Below, in pieces: positions 1-8,945 of a DNA stretch of 64,000 bases (positions within the stretch are counted from its first letter, which is position 1; the number at the start of each line of letters is the position of its first letter). The notes under the pieces are model-generated. The model saw only the letters and a program-made list of their open reading frames with translations. It made no database searches and was not told where the DNA came from. Origin of the DNA: Planctomycetota bacterium (GTDB lineage Bacteria > Planctomycetota > UBA1135 > GCA-002748355); assembly GCA_011321845.1 (NCBI GenBank), contig DROQ01000134.1, positions 10,891 through 74,890 of the forward strand, in the 5' to 3' direction. A program made the position numbers and the translations under genes.

Positions 1-2
1 GG

Positions 3-1664
3 GCGGCCTTCGCGAACAACTCCGCCTGTCTGCTGTTCTGCCTGGGCAAGGACCGGGAGGCTTGGACCGCGCTTCGCATTGCCGAGGCTACCCCCCAGGC
101 GAGGATCAACCGCGAACGGGTCCTGGCGGCTCGGGAGCAGGGGACCCGGCTCTTCCCTCCCCAGCTCGCCTTTCTTTCCCTGGAGAGCCCCTTCGTGGAG
201 GCTTCGAGGCGCGGGGAGGCCTTGGAGTGGGACGGGGAGGCTTGGGTGCGGCCCCAGGATCCCGTCCCCCAGGTTCCCTGGGATGTTTATCAAGGACCCA
301 ACGGGATCCCTCTCGAGGAGGGCGAGTTGCAGGCCGCCCGCCAATGCCTTCCCCGATCCCAGGCCCCAAGGCTTCCCGAGCTCCGACCGCAGCCGGGAGG
401 CCGCAAAATCCTGATTTGCATGTATGGCTGGGAGGAGAGTGGTGGGGGCACCATCCTGCCCCGGGATGTCGCCCTGGCCTTCGCCGCCCGTGGCCACGAG
501 GTCAGCGTATTCTACGCGGGGGCCGTCGAGAGGCCCGACCTCGCCCCCTACGGGATCGAGCGCAGGACCGAGCAGGGCGTCGAGCTGTTCGGCGTCTTCA
601 ACCGGCCCAGCCTCTTCCTGGACGGGACGAACCCGGCCCGGGAGATCGACGATCCCAAACTCCTGGCCCTCTTCGAGGAGGTCCTCGAGGAGAGAGACCC
701 GGAGATCGTCCACTGCTTCAACCTCCACAACCTGGGGATGAGCCTGGCCGCTGCGGCAAAGGCCCGGGGCAAGACGGTGATCTACAGCTCCAACAACTAC
801 TGGCCCCTCTGCCCTCGCCTCTATCTCTTCCACGAGGATCTGCGGCTTTGCGGGGGACCCTGGGATTCGGGGGAGAACTGTGCCGCCTGCCTGAAACGAC
901 CGGAGGAGAAGTCCGCCTTCGCTCTCCGGAGGGCCGCCGGCCGCATGCTCCTGAACGAGGCCATCGATTTCCACCTGGCCGTCTCGGAGCGGGTCCGCGA
1001 GATCTACCTGGCCCATGGCGCGAGAGCCGAGACCCTCTTCGTCCTCCCCCAGCAACCCAAGAGTCTGGACGCGATCTGGAAACACACCGGCAAGATCCGC
1101 CTCGCCACCCCGCGCCCGGAGGGTCCTCTTCGGGTGGGCTTTATCGGTTCCCTTCTCCCGCACAAGGGACCCCAGGTTCTCCTCGAAGCCCTCCGCGGTT
1201 TCACTCCCTCGGAGCTGCAAGCCCAGCTCTTCGGCCACTTCGAGGGCCCCTTCGCCGACTACCTCCAGGCCAAGAGCCCCCCCGGGCTCTGCCATTTCCA
1301 CGGCGCCTACCGTCCCGAGGACCTCCCCCGGATTCTCGCCCAGGTCGATGTCGTTGTCGTTCCCTCCATTTGGGAGGACTGCGCCCCCTTCGTAGTGGCC
1401 GAAGCCCTCGCCGCCCGCGCCCCCGTCCTCGGCAGCCGCATCGGCGGCATCCCCGATTTCATCGAGGAGGGCCGCACGGGCCTGCTCTTCCCTCCCGGGG
1501 ACGCCCAGGCCCTGCACCTCCATCTCCGGCGCCTCGTCCGGGAGCCCGGGACTCTTCGAGGGATGCAGGAGGCCATCCAGGCTCCACTGGGATTCGACGC
1601 CTACCTGGACCACCTCTGCGAAGTCTACGAACTCATCCAGGACCCCAGCCTCGCCGAGGCATGA
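3..1664 (+). CDS. Glycosyltransferase family 1 (GT-B, GT4-like). The 5' end is uncertain: the frame is open to the window edge and the ORF-track start at 195 is a GTG.
   Basis: N-terminal GT-B motif KILICMYGWEESGGGT...ARGHEV. C-terminal donor-binding region VVVPSIWEDCAPFVVAEALAARAPVLGSRIGGIPDFIEEGRTGLLF. The same frame runs without a stop from position 3, with G/C-rich third positions. Confidence 0.8.
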   Translation, partial: AAFANNSACLLFCLGKDREAWTALRIAEATPQARINRERVLAAREQGTRLFPPQLAFLSLESPFVEASRRGEALEWDGEAWVRPQDPVPQVPWDVYQGPNGIPLEEGELQAARQCLPRSQAPRLPELRPQPGGRKILICMYGWEESGGGTILPRDVALAFAARGHEVSVFYAGAVERPDLAPYGIERRTEQGVELFGVFNRPSLFLDGTNPAREIDDPKLLALFEEVLEERDPEIVHCFNLHNLGMSLAAAAKARGKTVIYSSNNYWPLCPRLYLFHEDLRLCGGPWDSGENCAACLKRPEEKSAFALRRAAGRMLLNEAIDFHLAVSERVREIYLAHGARAETLFVLPQQPKSLDAIWKHTGKIRLATPRPEGPLRVGFIGSLLPHKGPQVLLEALRGFTPSELQAQLFGHFEGPFADYLQAKSPPGLCHFHGAYRPEDLPRILAQVDVVVVPSIWEDCAPFVVAEALAARAPVLGSRIGGIPDFIEEGRTGLLFPPGDAQALHLHLRRLVREPGTLRGMQEAIQAPLGFDAYLDHLCEVYELIQDPSLAEA

Positions 1665-1779
1665 AGAGCCTTTCGCCCCCGTTGCGAAATCTCTAGGTCC
1701 GCCTGGGCAGACCAGGTCCCTGTGGGACTTGGTGTTGGGCCTAGGCTTTTCCCTGATCTGTTCTCCTGGACCTGGCCGG

Positions 1780-2343
1780 CTATCGCCCGTGCTTGGCCAG
1801 GTATTCCTTGGCCCGCACCAGGTAACCGGGAGTGCGCATCCCCACCTCCTTGGCTTCGGCGATGGCCTGCTCCAAGGGGATCCCCCCGTCCAGCACCCTC
1901 CAGACCAACCAGATCGCTCCGACGCGGTTGGCCGAGGCGCAGTGGAGGAGCAGCGGCTTCTCACTGTCGTTGAGGAGCTTCCTCGTTCGGTCGTAGACTT
2001 CGTCCGTCAGGAGCTTGGGCCCGTTCCAGGGGAGATAGACGTAGTTCATCCCATGGGACCTGGCCAGGGCCTCCTCGTTGAAGGGAAGCCGCTCACGGTA
2101 GTTCATCTGGATGACGGTTTTGATTCCCATCTTCTTGAGAAGGGCGAAGTCTTCCGGCTTGGGCTGTCCCGCCAAAAGGATCTTCCCAAAGCGGTGCACA
2201 TTGTAGATCGTGCCGATCTTCGCCTTCTCCAGTTTGACAGGGACAGAGGGTTTGGAGGCGGTCTTAGGTTCCGTCGAATGCGTGCTGCAAGCCAGTAAGA
2301 AAAACAGGAGAGAAGCCCCGAGGGCATCTTTGGCATATCTCAT
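1780..2343 (-). CDS. Lipoprotein, Cys-based phosphatase-like (DUF442 / dual-specificity PTP-like)
   Basis: ATG at 2343 opens a signal peptide with lipobox (MRYAKDALGASLLFFLLAC-S). P-loop-like HCASANRVG. The upstream 25 codons of the track ORF (to 2418) are Arg-rich and precede the signal peptide. Confidence 0.6.
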   Translation of the reverse strand: MRYAKDALGASLLFFLLACSTHSTEPKTASKPSVPVKLEKAKIGTIYNVHRFGKILLAGQPKPEDFALLKKMGIKTVIQMNYRERLPFNEEALARSHGMNYVYLPWNGPKLLTDEVYDRTRKLLNDSEKPLLLHCASANRVGAIWLVWRVLDGGIPLEQAIAEAKEVGMRTPGYLVRAKEYLAKHGR

Positions 2344-2656
2344 TTCGTTGTTCCTTGTCTGTGTTCTGCAGGACCTCGAATGAACCAGGCCACCCGCCCG
2401 TCCATCCGAGGTTTCCAAAAAAGATCCTGAGCCGATGGGTCCTATCTTCTCAGAATCCTCCCTCTACGGCCCAAAGAATGGCCATACAGGACCCTTGCAC
2501 AACCCTTTTCTCCCCGCAATTCCCCCCATCCGACATTCCAGCTCCCCCAACCCCCTTCCCCATCCAGCTCGAGTACCTCCCCCCCCTTCTCCCCGAAGCA
2601 GGCAGCCTCCCCCCCAATCCAAGCTCTCGATCCCCAATCCCAGACCCCAAGCTGAA

Positions 2657-2729
2657 CTCGGACTCCTCCAAGGGCTTTGGCCGACTTCGCCGAAGGCGCC
2701 TGAGGCCAAAGCCCTTGGAGGAGTCCGAG
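2657..2729. repeat. Perfect 26-bp inverted repeat (hairpin) with a 21-nt loop, in a ~560-bp noncoding gap
   Basis: The arm CTCGGACTCCTCCAAGGGCTTTGGCC (2657-2682) is the exact reverse complement of GGCCAAAGCCCTTGGAGGAGTCCGAG (2704-2729). The loop contains a small CGCC-GAA-GGCG hairpin. Confidence 0.9.
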
Positions 2730-2907
2730 CCGCGCGGAGGAAGAGTTTGCACGGCAGGGTGCCGAGGACGGGCTAAGGCCGGGGAACTCCCTCGGGGAGA
2801 TTACGAAAGACCAGGAAGGATCAGGATAGACCCGCCCATGGGATTTGAGCTTGCATCCCATGGGCGTGGGAAAAGAAAGACCTGCATCGGCTCTCTCCAG
2901 GGATCCT

Positions 2908-5427
2908 TCAACGGTTCCCGCCCAACTTGGTTTCGAGGCCATTGCTGAAGTACCATCCGAGCCGGTTCTTGGAAAAGGCGAGGACGAGGAACTGGCTGTA
3001 GACCTTGAGTCCGATCAGCTTGGGGTCCTGGGGAATGGTGAGGATGATGTCCGCGTTGCCTTGGATGTTGGTCTTGGTGGGTATCAGGAGATCCATGGAC
3101 TGGTAGAGAAAGCAGGAGGGGGCGCCCAAGGTCTTGAGATCCAGGGGAAGGGCCAGCAGACCCCAACGTGTGTTGCTCACTCCCAGGGAGAGGATGACGT
3201 TCGAGAAGGTGGCTTTTCGCAGGCTGAAGGCGACCCTCCCCCCGAGGACAGGCTCGTTGTTCGTTGCCGACCCGATGTGGAGGTTGGCCTTGCCCGGGCT
3301 CGGGCAGCTTGTCCCGAAGGTGCGCATGCTCCCCGGGACATGGGTCCAGTATTCCACCGTGACTTTGTGGGAGCGGTCCATGAGGAGGCTGAGCTGGTAG
3401 GGGGGGGAGGGGATGATGGCCCTTCCATCGACTACCCAACGGCGGATCGGATGAATCCCGAGTTTGGCAGGTGCCCTGAGGCTGACCCTCGCCCTGTCCG
3501 CATAGAGGAGGGCGAAGGGAGTGAGCCCCGTGTTCCTCTGATTGAAGTCGAGGGGGCTGGCGTAGACCCTCACCCCGCGGTTCGGGTTGGAGGAGTAGAT
3601 CTCCAGCTTTCTGCCCGCCTTGTATTCGGCGACCGCGGTCTCGGGGGTCGTTCCCGGGGCGCTGCTCATGAACTTGTGGAGGGTCCGGGTTCCAAGTGCC
3701 TGGGGAACCCCGTTCCAATGCCAGCGCTGGAACAGCCAGGTCCCGTTCCGGTTGACGAGGGAGGGGGCCGAGAGTTGGAGCTCCTGCTGCGGAACGAAAC
3801 TCCGCAGGAAGGGCGTCGAAGCGTTGCCTTGTCCATTCAGGTCCTTGACGCTGAGGCTGATCGGCGCTCCCCCGCTGAGCCCCCTGGAGGTCACCGAGAG
3901 GCCTGCGAAGCGGGGAAGGTCCCGGCTGCGCCCGAACCAGACATAACGGCACTGCTGGTTGGAGGCATTGGGTCCCCCCCGCAGCACGTTCATTGTTCCG
4001 ATCCAGGAGTTGGGCGCCAGGGGATGGGGAATGGAGGTGAAGTAATCTCCCCAGAGGTTGGAGGAAGGCCCTGAGGTTCCCCAAACCACCGTGGCATTGT
4101 CCAAGGGTTGGAAGGAGGGGCGGAGGTCGTCCACGATCCAAACGAGGTTGGTGGGGTACCACCCATTGCCCCCCACGGCGATCGTGCCCCCCAGGTACCC
4201 CTTGCTGTTGACGCTGACCGAGGGCCAGGCGAAGGCAAGGCGCGGGTTCCAAACCGTCTCCTCCTTCAGGAGCTTGCGGTCCGACTCTCTGAAGCGCAGC
4301 GCCCTCACGAAGGGACGTGGGAATTGCCCCCCCTTGGCCGAGGACCAGAGGAAACCGATTTCCCCGCGGGATACCCATGCTCCCATGGGCCGGGAGGAAG
4401 CCCGGCCCATCCACTTGCGCCCGTCGGGGCCGGGGCTGACCTTGGGGCCCGCGTACCAGAGGCCGTGGTTTCGGTCGTCCCAGGAGATGGTGTTGGACCC
4501 CTCTTTCCAGCGATAGATCCGGAACTTGCTCGTGCTCAGGTGGTCCCCGAAGTAGAGCGTGTGGGTTCCTCCAAAGGCCATCCGCCAGCCGGGTTGGCTG
4601 TTCTTGAGCGGCCACACCGAAAAGCCGAAGGGCTTGTGCGCCTTGATGGGTTTGAGGGGCAGGCGCGCGAGGACCTTGCCGCGTTCTCCCCCCGTCTCCC
4701 CGGGAAAGACCCAGGCCGTGAAGTAGAGGTAGTTGTCGGTATAGACCAGGTGGGGATAATCCAGCCAGGATTTGGGCTTGAAGCCCATGAGGGAGGGGCG
4801 AACGTAGAACGACCACCACTGACCCTTCTTGAGTTCCTCCCGGTTCGCCACCGCGATCCGGTAGCCGCCATTCTTGGTGGTCTTGCTGTACTGGTATTGG
4901 AGGAGCCAGACCGTGAGTCCCCATTTGGGAATGTAGATCGAATACTGGTCGCAGCAGAACGGTCCATCGACTACGGGGAACTTGGTGTAGGGGTTGATGT
5001 AGTTCCAGTCGCTTCCCCCATTCTGGGAGACCGCTGCCCACCAGTTGCCGGTCATGAAAGAGACATCCCGGTCCGCGGTGGCCGTGGGTTCCCCCACGAG
5101 GCTCCTCGAGCGGGCGGCGGGCGTGGCGTCCATGTTCAGCATGATTCGAATCTGCGTGGCCCCCGGACTCGGAGCGTTCACCAGGGTGGGGGGAGGGAGC
5201 GGGAGATCCTTCCCTGTTCCCACGGGGACGGGAGGGATCTTGGGCCTTGGGGGAAGGTTTCCGATCTTGGGCTTTTCCGGCAAGACCTTGGAAAAACCCG
5301 GTTTGGAGAGGATCGGAGCTTCCATCCAGAACTTCTTGGCTTGCACGGATCCCTGAGAGGGGCAGAGGCTCGCCAGGAAGAAAAGAAGGGGGAAAGAAAG
5401 GAAGAAAACGGAGGCTCTCGTACTCAT
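2908..5427 (-). CDS. Secreted hypothetical protein (839 aa) with the shared C-terminal Cys-pair module
   Basis: Signal peptide MSTRASVFFLSFPLLFFLASLCPSQG. Normal amino-acid composition, unlike the overlapping Arg/Pro-rich frames. N-terminal region carries WWAAVSQNGGSDW...FCCDQYSIY. The C-terminal 136 aa align to the ELWxxDGT protein C-termini. Confidence 0.8.
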   Translation of the reverse strand: MSTRASVFFLSFPLLFFLASLCPSQGSVQAKKFWMEAPILSKPGFSKVLPEKPKIGNLPPRPKIPPVPVGTGKDLPLPPPTLVNAPSPGATQIRIMLNMDATPAARSRSLVGEPTATADRDVSFMTGNWWAAVSQNGGSDWNYINPYTKFPVVDGPFCCDQYSIYIPKWGLTVWLLQYQYSKTTKNGGYRIAVANREELKKGQWWSFYVRPSLMGFKPKSWLDYPHLVYTDNYLYFTAWVFPGETGGERGKVLARLPLKPIKAHKPFGFSVWPLKNSQPGWRMAFGGTHTLYFGDHLSTSKFRIYRWKEGSNTISWDDRNHGLWYAGPKVSPGPDGRKWMGRASSRPMGAWVSRGEIGFLWSSAKGGQFPRPFVRALRFRESDRKLLKEETVWNPRLAFAWPSVSVNSKGYLGGTIAVGGNGWYPTNLVWIVDDLRPSFQPLDNATVVWGTSGPSSNLWGDYFTSIPHPLAPNSWIGTMNVLRGGPNASNQQCRYVWFGRSRDLPRFAGLSVTSRGLSGGAPISLSVKDLNGQGNASTPFLRSFVPQQELQLSAPSLVNRNGTWLFQRWHWNGVPQALGTRTLHKFMSSAPGTTPETAVAEYKAGRKLEIYSSNPNRGVRVYASPLDFNQRNTGLTPFALLYADRARVSLRAPAKLGIHPIRRWVVDGRAIIPSPPYQLSLLMDRSHKVTVEYWTHVPGSMRTFGTSCPSPGKANLHIGSATNNEPVLGGRVAFSLRKATFSNVILSLGVSNTRWGLLALPLDLKTLGAPSCFLYQSMDLLIPTKTNIQGNADIILTIPQDPKLIGLKVYSQFLVLAFSKNRLGWYFSNGLETKLGGNR

Positions 5428-5555
5428 TGGAAGGTTCCTTTGTTTCAGTGGACCTTCCGGGAAAGGGACAAATCCCTCCCGTTGTCACAGGTTTTTTTGA
5501 AAACGGGCAGGGAGGAGAGGAGCCAGGGAGGAGAGGAAGCGAGGGGGAGGAGGAT

Positions 5556-5632
5556 TGGTACGCCCGACAGGATTCGAACCTGTGACCTTCGGTTTAGGAA
5601 ACCGATGCTCTATCCTACTGAGCTACGGGCGC
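5556..5632 (-). tRNA. tRNA-Arg (anticodon CCT), 77 nt, CCA encoded
   Basis: The reverse complement reads GCGCCCG-TA-GCTCAGTAGGATAGAGC-A-TCGGT-TTCCTAA-ACCGA-AGGTC-ACAGG-TTCGAAT-CCTGT-CGGGCGT-A-CCA. All four stems pair (one G-U in the acceptor). The anticodon loop TTCCTAA gives CCT. Confidence 0.9.
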
Positions 5633-5771
5633 CCGGGGGATGCGTTTTTCCGGCAGGGGCGGGAAGATAGCGAATGGTAGGGGGGGATTCCAGTCTTAGG
5701 GAGGGACTGGCCGAAAAGAGGGGAGAGCATGGGGAGATGGGGAGAATGATGGGGGGAACGCGGGAGGTCTG

Positions 5772-6389
5772 ATGTTTGTTCGGCTTTGGATGACGGAGAA
5801 TCCCTTGACAGTGGGACCCAAGGAAAGGCTTGGGAAGGTCAAGGAGTTGATGGAGATCAACGAGATCCGGCGGATTCCCGTGGTCCAGGAGGGGAACTTG
5901 CTGGGCCTGGTGACCGAAGGGGACCTCAGGATCCTGCCCCCCGAGCGGCTCATGAGCCCCGCTTCGGAGATCATGGTGACCGAAGTGCTGACGATCTCCC
6001 CCTATGCGCCGCTCGAGGACGCGGTGCACATCATGCGCTCGAACAAGGTGGGATCCCTCCCCGTGGTCCACGAGGAGAAGCTGGTGGGGATCATCACGGA
6101 CTCCGATCTCTTCCATGCCATCGAGACCTTCATGGAGGCGGGGGCGGATTCGGCCCGCCTGACCTTCGATCTGGAAGGGAGCAAAACAGCCCTGGTCCTT
6201 CTGGGAAAGCTCGTCGAGGAGTTCGACCTGGAGGTCGACAACCTGGTCCTCCATCGCAGGATGGCCAATCCGGGGCGCAAGATCGCGGCGATGCGGGTCC
6301 GAGGGGATCGGGTGGAGGAATTCGTGGAACGCCTCTGGACCGATGGATACCGGGTTTTGCAGGTGGAAATTCCCCATCCCCACCCCTGA
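5772..6389 (+). CDS. CBS-pair domain protein with C-terminal ACT-like region (AcuB-like)
   Basis: Two CBS units (MTENPLTV...IRRIPVVQEGNLLGLVTEGDL and MVTEVLTISPYAPLEDAVHIMRSNKVGSLPVVHEEKLVGIITDSDL), followed by a ~70-aa alpha/beta tail. Confidence 0.85.
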   Translation: MFVRLWMTENPLTVGPKERLGKVKELMEINEIRRIPVVQEGNLLGLVTEGDLRILPPERLMSPASEIMVTEVLTISPYAPLEDAVHIMRSNKVGSLPVVHEEKLVGIITDSDLFHAIETFMEAGADSARLTFDLEGSKTALVLLGKLVEEFDLEVDNLVLHRRMANPGRKIAAMRVRGDRVEEFVERLWTDGYRVLQVEIPHPHP

Positions 6390-6449
6390 TCCTGTTCGGG
6401 ATCTCGAGAAGGGGGGGATCCCTCCTGGATTGAAGGGTATCCTTTGGGG

Positions 6450-8942
6450 ATGGATTCTCCCCTTTCCAGACGCTGCTTTTGGATCTGCGCCCTCCCTCTC
6501 TTCCTGCTGGCTGCCTGCGACCGGAGCGGGGGATCGGCCTCGGGCGCGCGCGTCGGGGGGCAGGGTTTGCGCCGGGAGCAGGGCTCCCTCCAGGTCGAGG
6601 GCCAGGCGGCCCTCGCGGCCTCCCTTCTTGCGGCCGACCCGCGGCGGGTGGGGGAGCCCTGGACCAAGGGGCCGGCCTCCCTCCTGGGGCAGGAGATGGG
6701 AGCCATGGGGGAGTCGGCCCTCCGGAGCCTCTTTTTGGAGAGCGGACAGGGCAGCTCTCTGCTCTGGTCTCCCTGGCTGCAACGAAAGGCGGAGGCGAGA
6801 AAGGCCCCCAAGGACCGGAACGCCAAGGCCGGGAACCTGGACGAGGTCCTGGACGCGCTGCGGCTGCAGTACGCCTTTCGCACCAACGCCAGGCTGCCCG
6901 AGGGTTTGGCGCAGGGCTATCTCCTCCCCGGGCGCCTGCTCCCCCGGCTCGCCTCGAGGCCCCGGGGCCGCGAGGATTACGGCCGGCTGCGGCTGCAAGC
7001 GCTGGCCGAACCGAGTCATGAGCTGAGGCCTGGGCAGCTCGGACAATCTCTGCTGGCGCTCAGTCGCGCCGCCAGCCTCCTCCTGGGGCGGGGGCGCGGA
7101 GACCTCTATGGGAGGACACCCAAGGAGGGGATGATCGGCCTGCTCCTCCTGGAGAAGGCCCTCGCCACCGAACGGCTCCTGCTGGCCCAGTGCGCCTTCG
7201 ACGGCAAGGCCCTGAGCGCCATCTCCGACCCTGAGCGCTTCGACCCCAAACTCAGCCCGCGGATCTTCCCCGCGCGCCTGCGCTGGACGGTGGAGTCCCC
7301 AGGCGCGGGTCTGCCCCCGCGCCCCGCTGGTTTCGTCCCTGTCGATCGCGGCGCGCAGCTCGCGGACCTGGCCGCCCTGCTGCGGGGGGCCGCCGCGCTC
7401 AGCTGGCTGGCGGATCCCAGGCAACCCAACCCCCTCCTGCGGCGGCTCTTCGAGGGGGACCCCTTTGGGGAGCCGGGGATCGGCGGGACCTCCGCCTCCT
7501 CCACCAACAAGACTCCTCCCTCCCAAGGGGCCGGGCTCTCCAGCGGGGTGATCTCCTGGGAGAAGCACACCAAGGGCCTGATCCAAGGCTACTGCCTGTC
7601 CTGCCATTCTCCGCCCGGCCCGAACGGCGGGTTCTCGGTGACGAGCTACAGCAACCTGCTCAAGGGGGGAAACCACCAGAAGACCAACCCCATCCTCGTC
7701 CCGAAGGATCACGGCAAGAGTCTGCTCTGGCAGATCCTGACCCCCACGCCGCCCAAGGGCTTCGACCGCATGCCCCAGTTCGGGCCCTACCTCAAGCCGG
7801 CGGAGATCCAGTTGATCGCGGACTGGATCGACGGGGGCGCCCTGGAGAAGGATCCGGGTGGTCGCGAGGTCCGTCCCCGGCCCGGTCTCGACAGCCTGCA
7901 GGTCTGCCTGCGGATGATGGCAGCCTCCTTCAGGGACCCGACCTCGGGAGCGCTGGTGGATCGGGCCGACCTCCAGGGGCGCGGGCAGGCCGTCTTCGCC
8001 GATTCCCTGGGGCAGGCCCTGCTGGCCCTGGCCGAGGCTCTCGAGGTGCGGCCGGAGGAGAGCCTCGCCCGGACTCTGCTCATGAGGAGCATGGAGTTCG
8101 CGAGTCGTTACCTCCTGGGCAAGGATGGGGAGGTCTTCGCGAGCTTCGACCTCGTGGCGGGGAAGGCCAGGGCCGGCGAGGCCGACCTCGGGCCGGCCGC
8201 CCGGCTGCTGACCGGGCTGCTCGAAGCCTCCCGCGTCCTGCGGCGCAGCGACCTCCGGGCGCGGGCTTTGCGGGCGGCAGCCGCCCTGCGGGCCAGGTTC
8301 TTGGACCAGGGAGGGCTGAGGCGCAGCTTCGCCACAGGGGAGGCCCTGCGGCTCGACCCGGGAACGGCGGCGGGGGTTCTGGATTTCCTCGCGGTCGAGG
8401 CGCGGGTGGGGACCGACCCTGGAGCAGCGCAGCGCTACCGGGATTTCTTCAAGCAGCTCAAGGGGATGGGGCTCATCCTCGCCGAGTGGCCGGAGGCGGG
8501 CGAGGCCTTTGGCGACGGAAACCCGGACAGCGATGGGGACGGGGTGCCCGAGGTGGGCAGCGCGGGGCTCCCCCCCTTGTTCGCGGCCGCGGTGGTCAAT
8601 GGGGATTTCGTGGCGGGGCGGGGCCTTCCCCAGCGGCCTATCCATTATTCCCGGGACGTCCTCCCCCTTCTCCTGCAGAAGTGCGGGAGCTGCCACGCGG
8701 GCGGGAACCGGCGCGGAGACTTCGCCCTGGACAGCTTTGGCGATCTCTTCAGGGGCGGGGCTTTTCGGGACCGGACGCGCATCCTCGTGCCGGGAGACCC
8801 CGGGGCCAGCTTCTTCTACCAAAAGGTGGAGCTGCGCAAGCCCCCCTTCGGAGTGCAGATGCCCCTAGGCTTCCCCCCCCTGGGGGGCAGCGGTCGGGCG
8901 CTGCTCCGTTCCTGGATCCAGGGAGGGGCCCGCAGGGACTGA
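6450..8942 (+). CDS. Lipoprotein with two planctomycete-type cytochrome c (PSCyt1-like, CxxCH) domains and alpha-helical repeat regions
   Basis: ATG at 6450 gives MDSPLSRRCFWICALPLFLLAAC-D (lipobox). CLSCH at 7593-7607 is followed by LLKGG...PILVPKDHGKSLLWQIL...MPQ...LKPAEIQLIADWIDGGA. CGSCH at 8682-8696 is followed by ILVPGDPGASFFYQKV...MPL...LLRSWIQGGA. Confidence 0.8.
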   Translation: MDSPLSRRCFWICALPLFLLAACDRSGGSASGARVGGQGLRREQGSLQVEGQAALAASLLAADPRRVGEPWTKGPASLLGQEMGAMGESALRSLFLESGQGSSLLWSPWLQRKAEARKAPKDRNAKAGNLDEVLDALRLQYAFRTNARLPEGLAQGYLLPGRLLPRLASRPRGREDYGRLRLQALAEPSHELRPGQLGQSLLALSRAASLLLGRGRGDLYGRTPKEGMIGLLLLEKALATERLLLAQCAFDGKALSAISDPERFDPKLSPRIFPARLRWTVESPGAGLPPRPAGFVPVDRGAQLADLAALLRGAAALSWLADPRQPNPLLRRLFEGDPFGEPGIGGTSASSTNKTPPSQGAGLSSGVISWEKHTKGLIQGYCLSCHSPPGPNGGFSVTSYSNLLKGGNHQKTNPILVPKDHGKSLLWQILTPTPPKGFDRMPQFGPYLKPAEIQLIADWIDGGALEKDPGGREVRPRPGLDSLQVCLRMMAASFRDPTSGALVDRADLQGRGQAVFADSLGQALLALAEALEVRPEESLARTLLMRSMEFASRYLLGKDGEVFASFDLVAGKARAGEADLGPAARLLTGLLEASRVLRRSDLRARALRAAAALRARFLDQGGLRRSFATGEALRLDPGTAAGVLDFLAVEARVGTDPGAAQRYRDFFKQLKGMGLILAEWPEAGEAFGDGNPDSDGDGVPEVGSAGLPPLFAAAVVNGDFVAGRGLPQRPIHYSRDVLPLLLQKCGSCHAGGNRRGDFALDSFGDLFRGGAFRDRTRILVPGDPGASFFYQKVELRKPPFGVQMPLGFPPLGGSGRALLRSWIQGGARRD

Positions 8943-8945
8943 GGC

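Noticed and set aside
62-1696. 544-aa plus-strand ORF overlapping the first glycosyltransferase in another frame
   Set aside because: It is Arg/Pro/Gly low complexity. The frame containing 195-1664 has canonical GT-B motifs.
2801-5488. 895-aa ORF on the same strand as the 839-aa gene but in another frame, plus the plus-strand ORFs 2845-4074 and 4108-5670
   Set aside because: These are Pro/Arg/Gly-dominated translations without a signal peptide or motifs. The 2908-5427 frame has a signal peptide, balanced composition, and a C-terminal module conserved with five other proteins.
5433-5771. Possible genomic-island junction at tRNA-Arg(CCT) (integrase, direct repeat of the tRNA 3' end)
   Set aside because: There is no integrase or transposase-like ORF on either side. 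I did not notice a second copy of the tRNA 3' segment, although I could not scan the window exhaustively. The only similar string, GATTCGAACC-like motifs in the ELW leaders, is too short and degenerate.
5610-8822. 1070-aa minus-strand ORF, the longest in the track
   Set aside because: It is antisense to three plus-strand genes that have clear family motifs (CBS pair, two CxxCH cytochrome domains). It also runs through the tRNA region. Its composition is Arg/Pro/Gly/Glu-rich low complexity, typical of shadow frames in GC-rich DNA.
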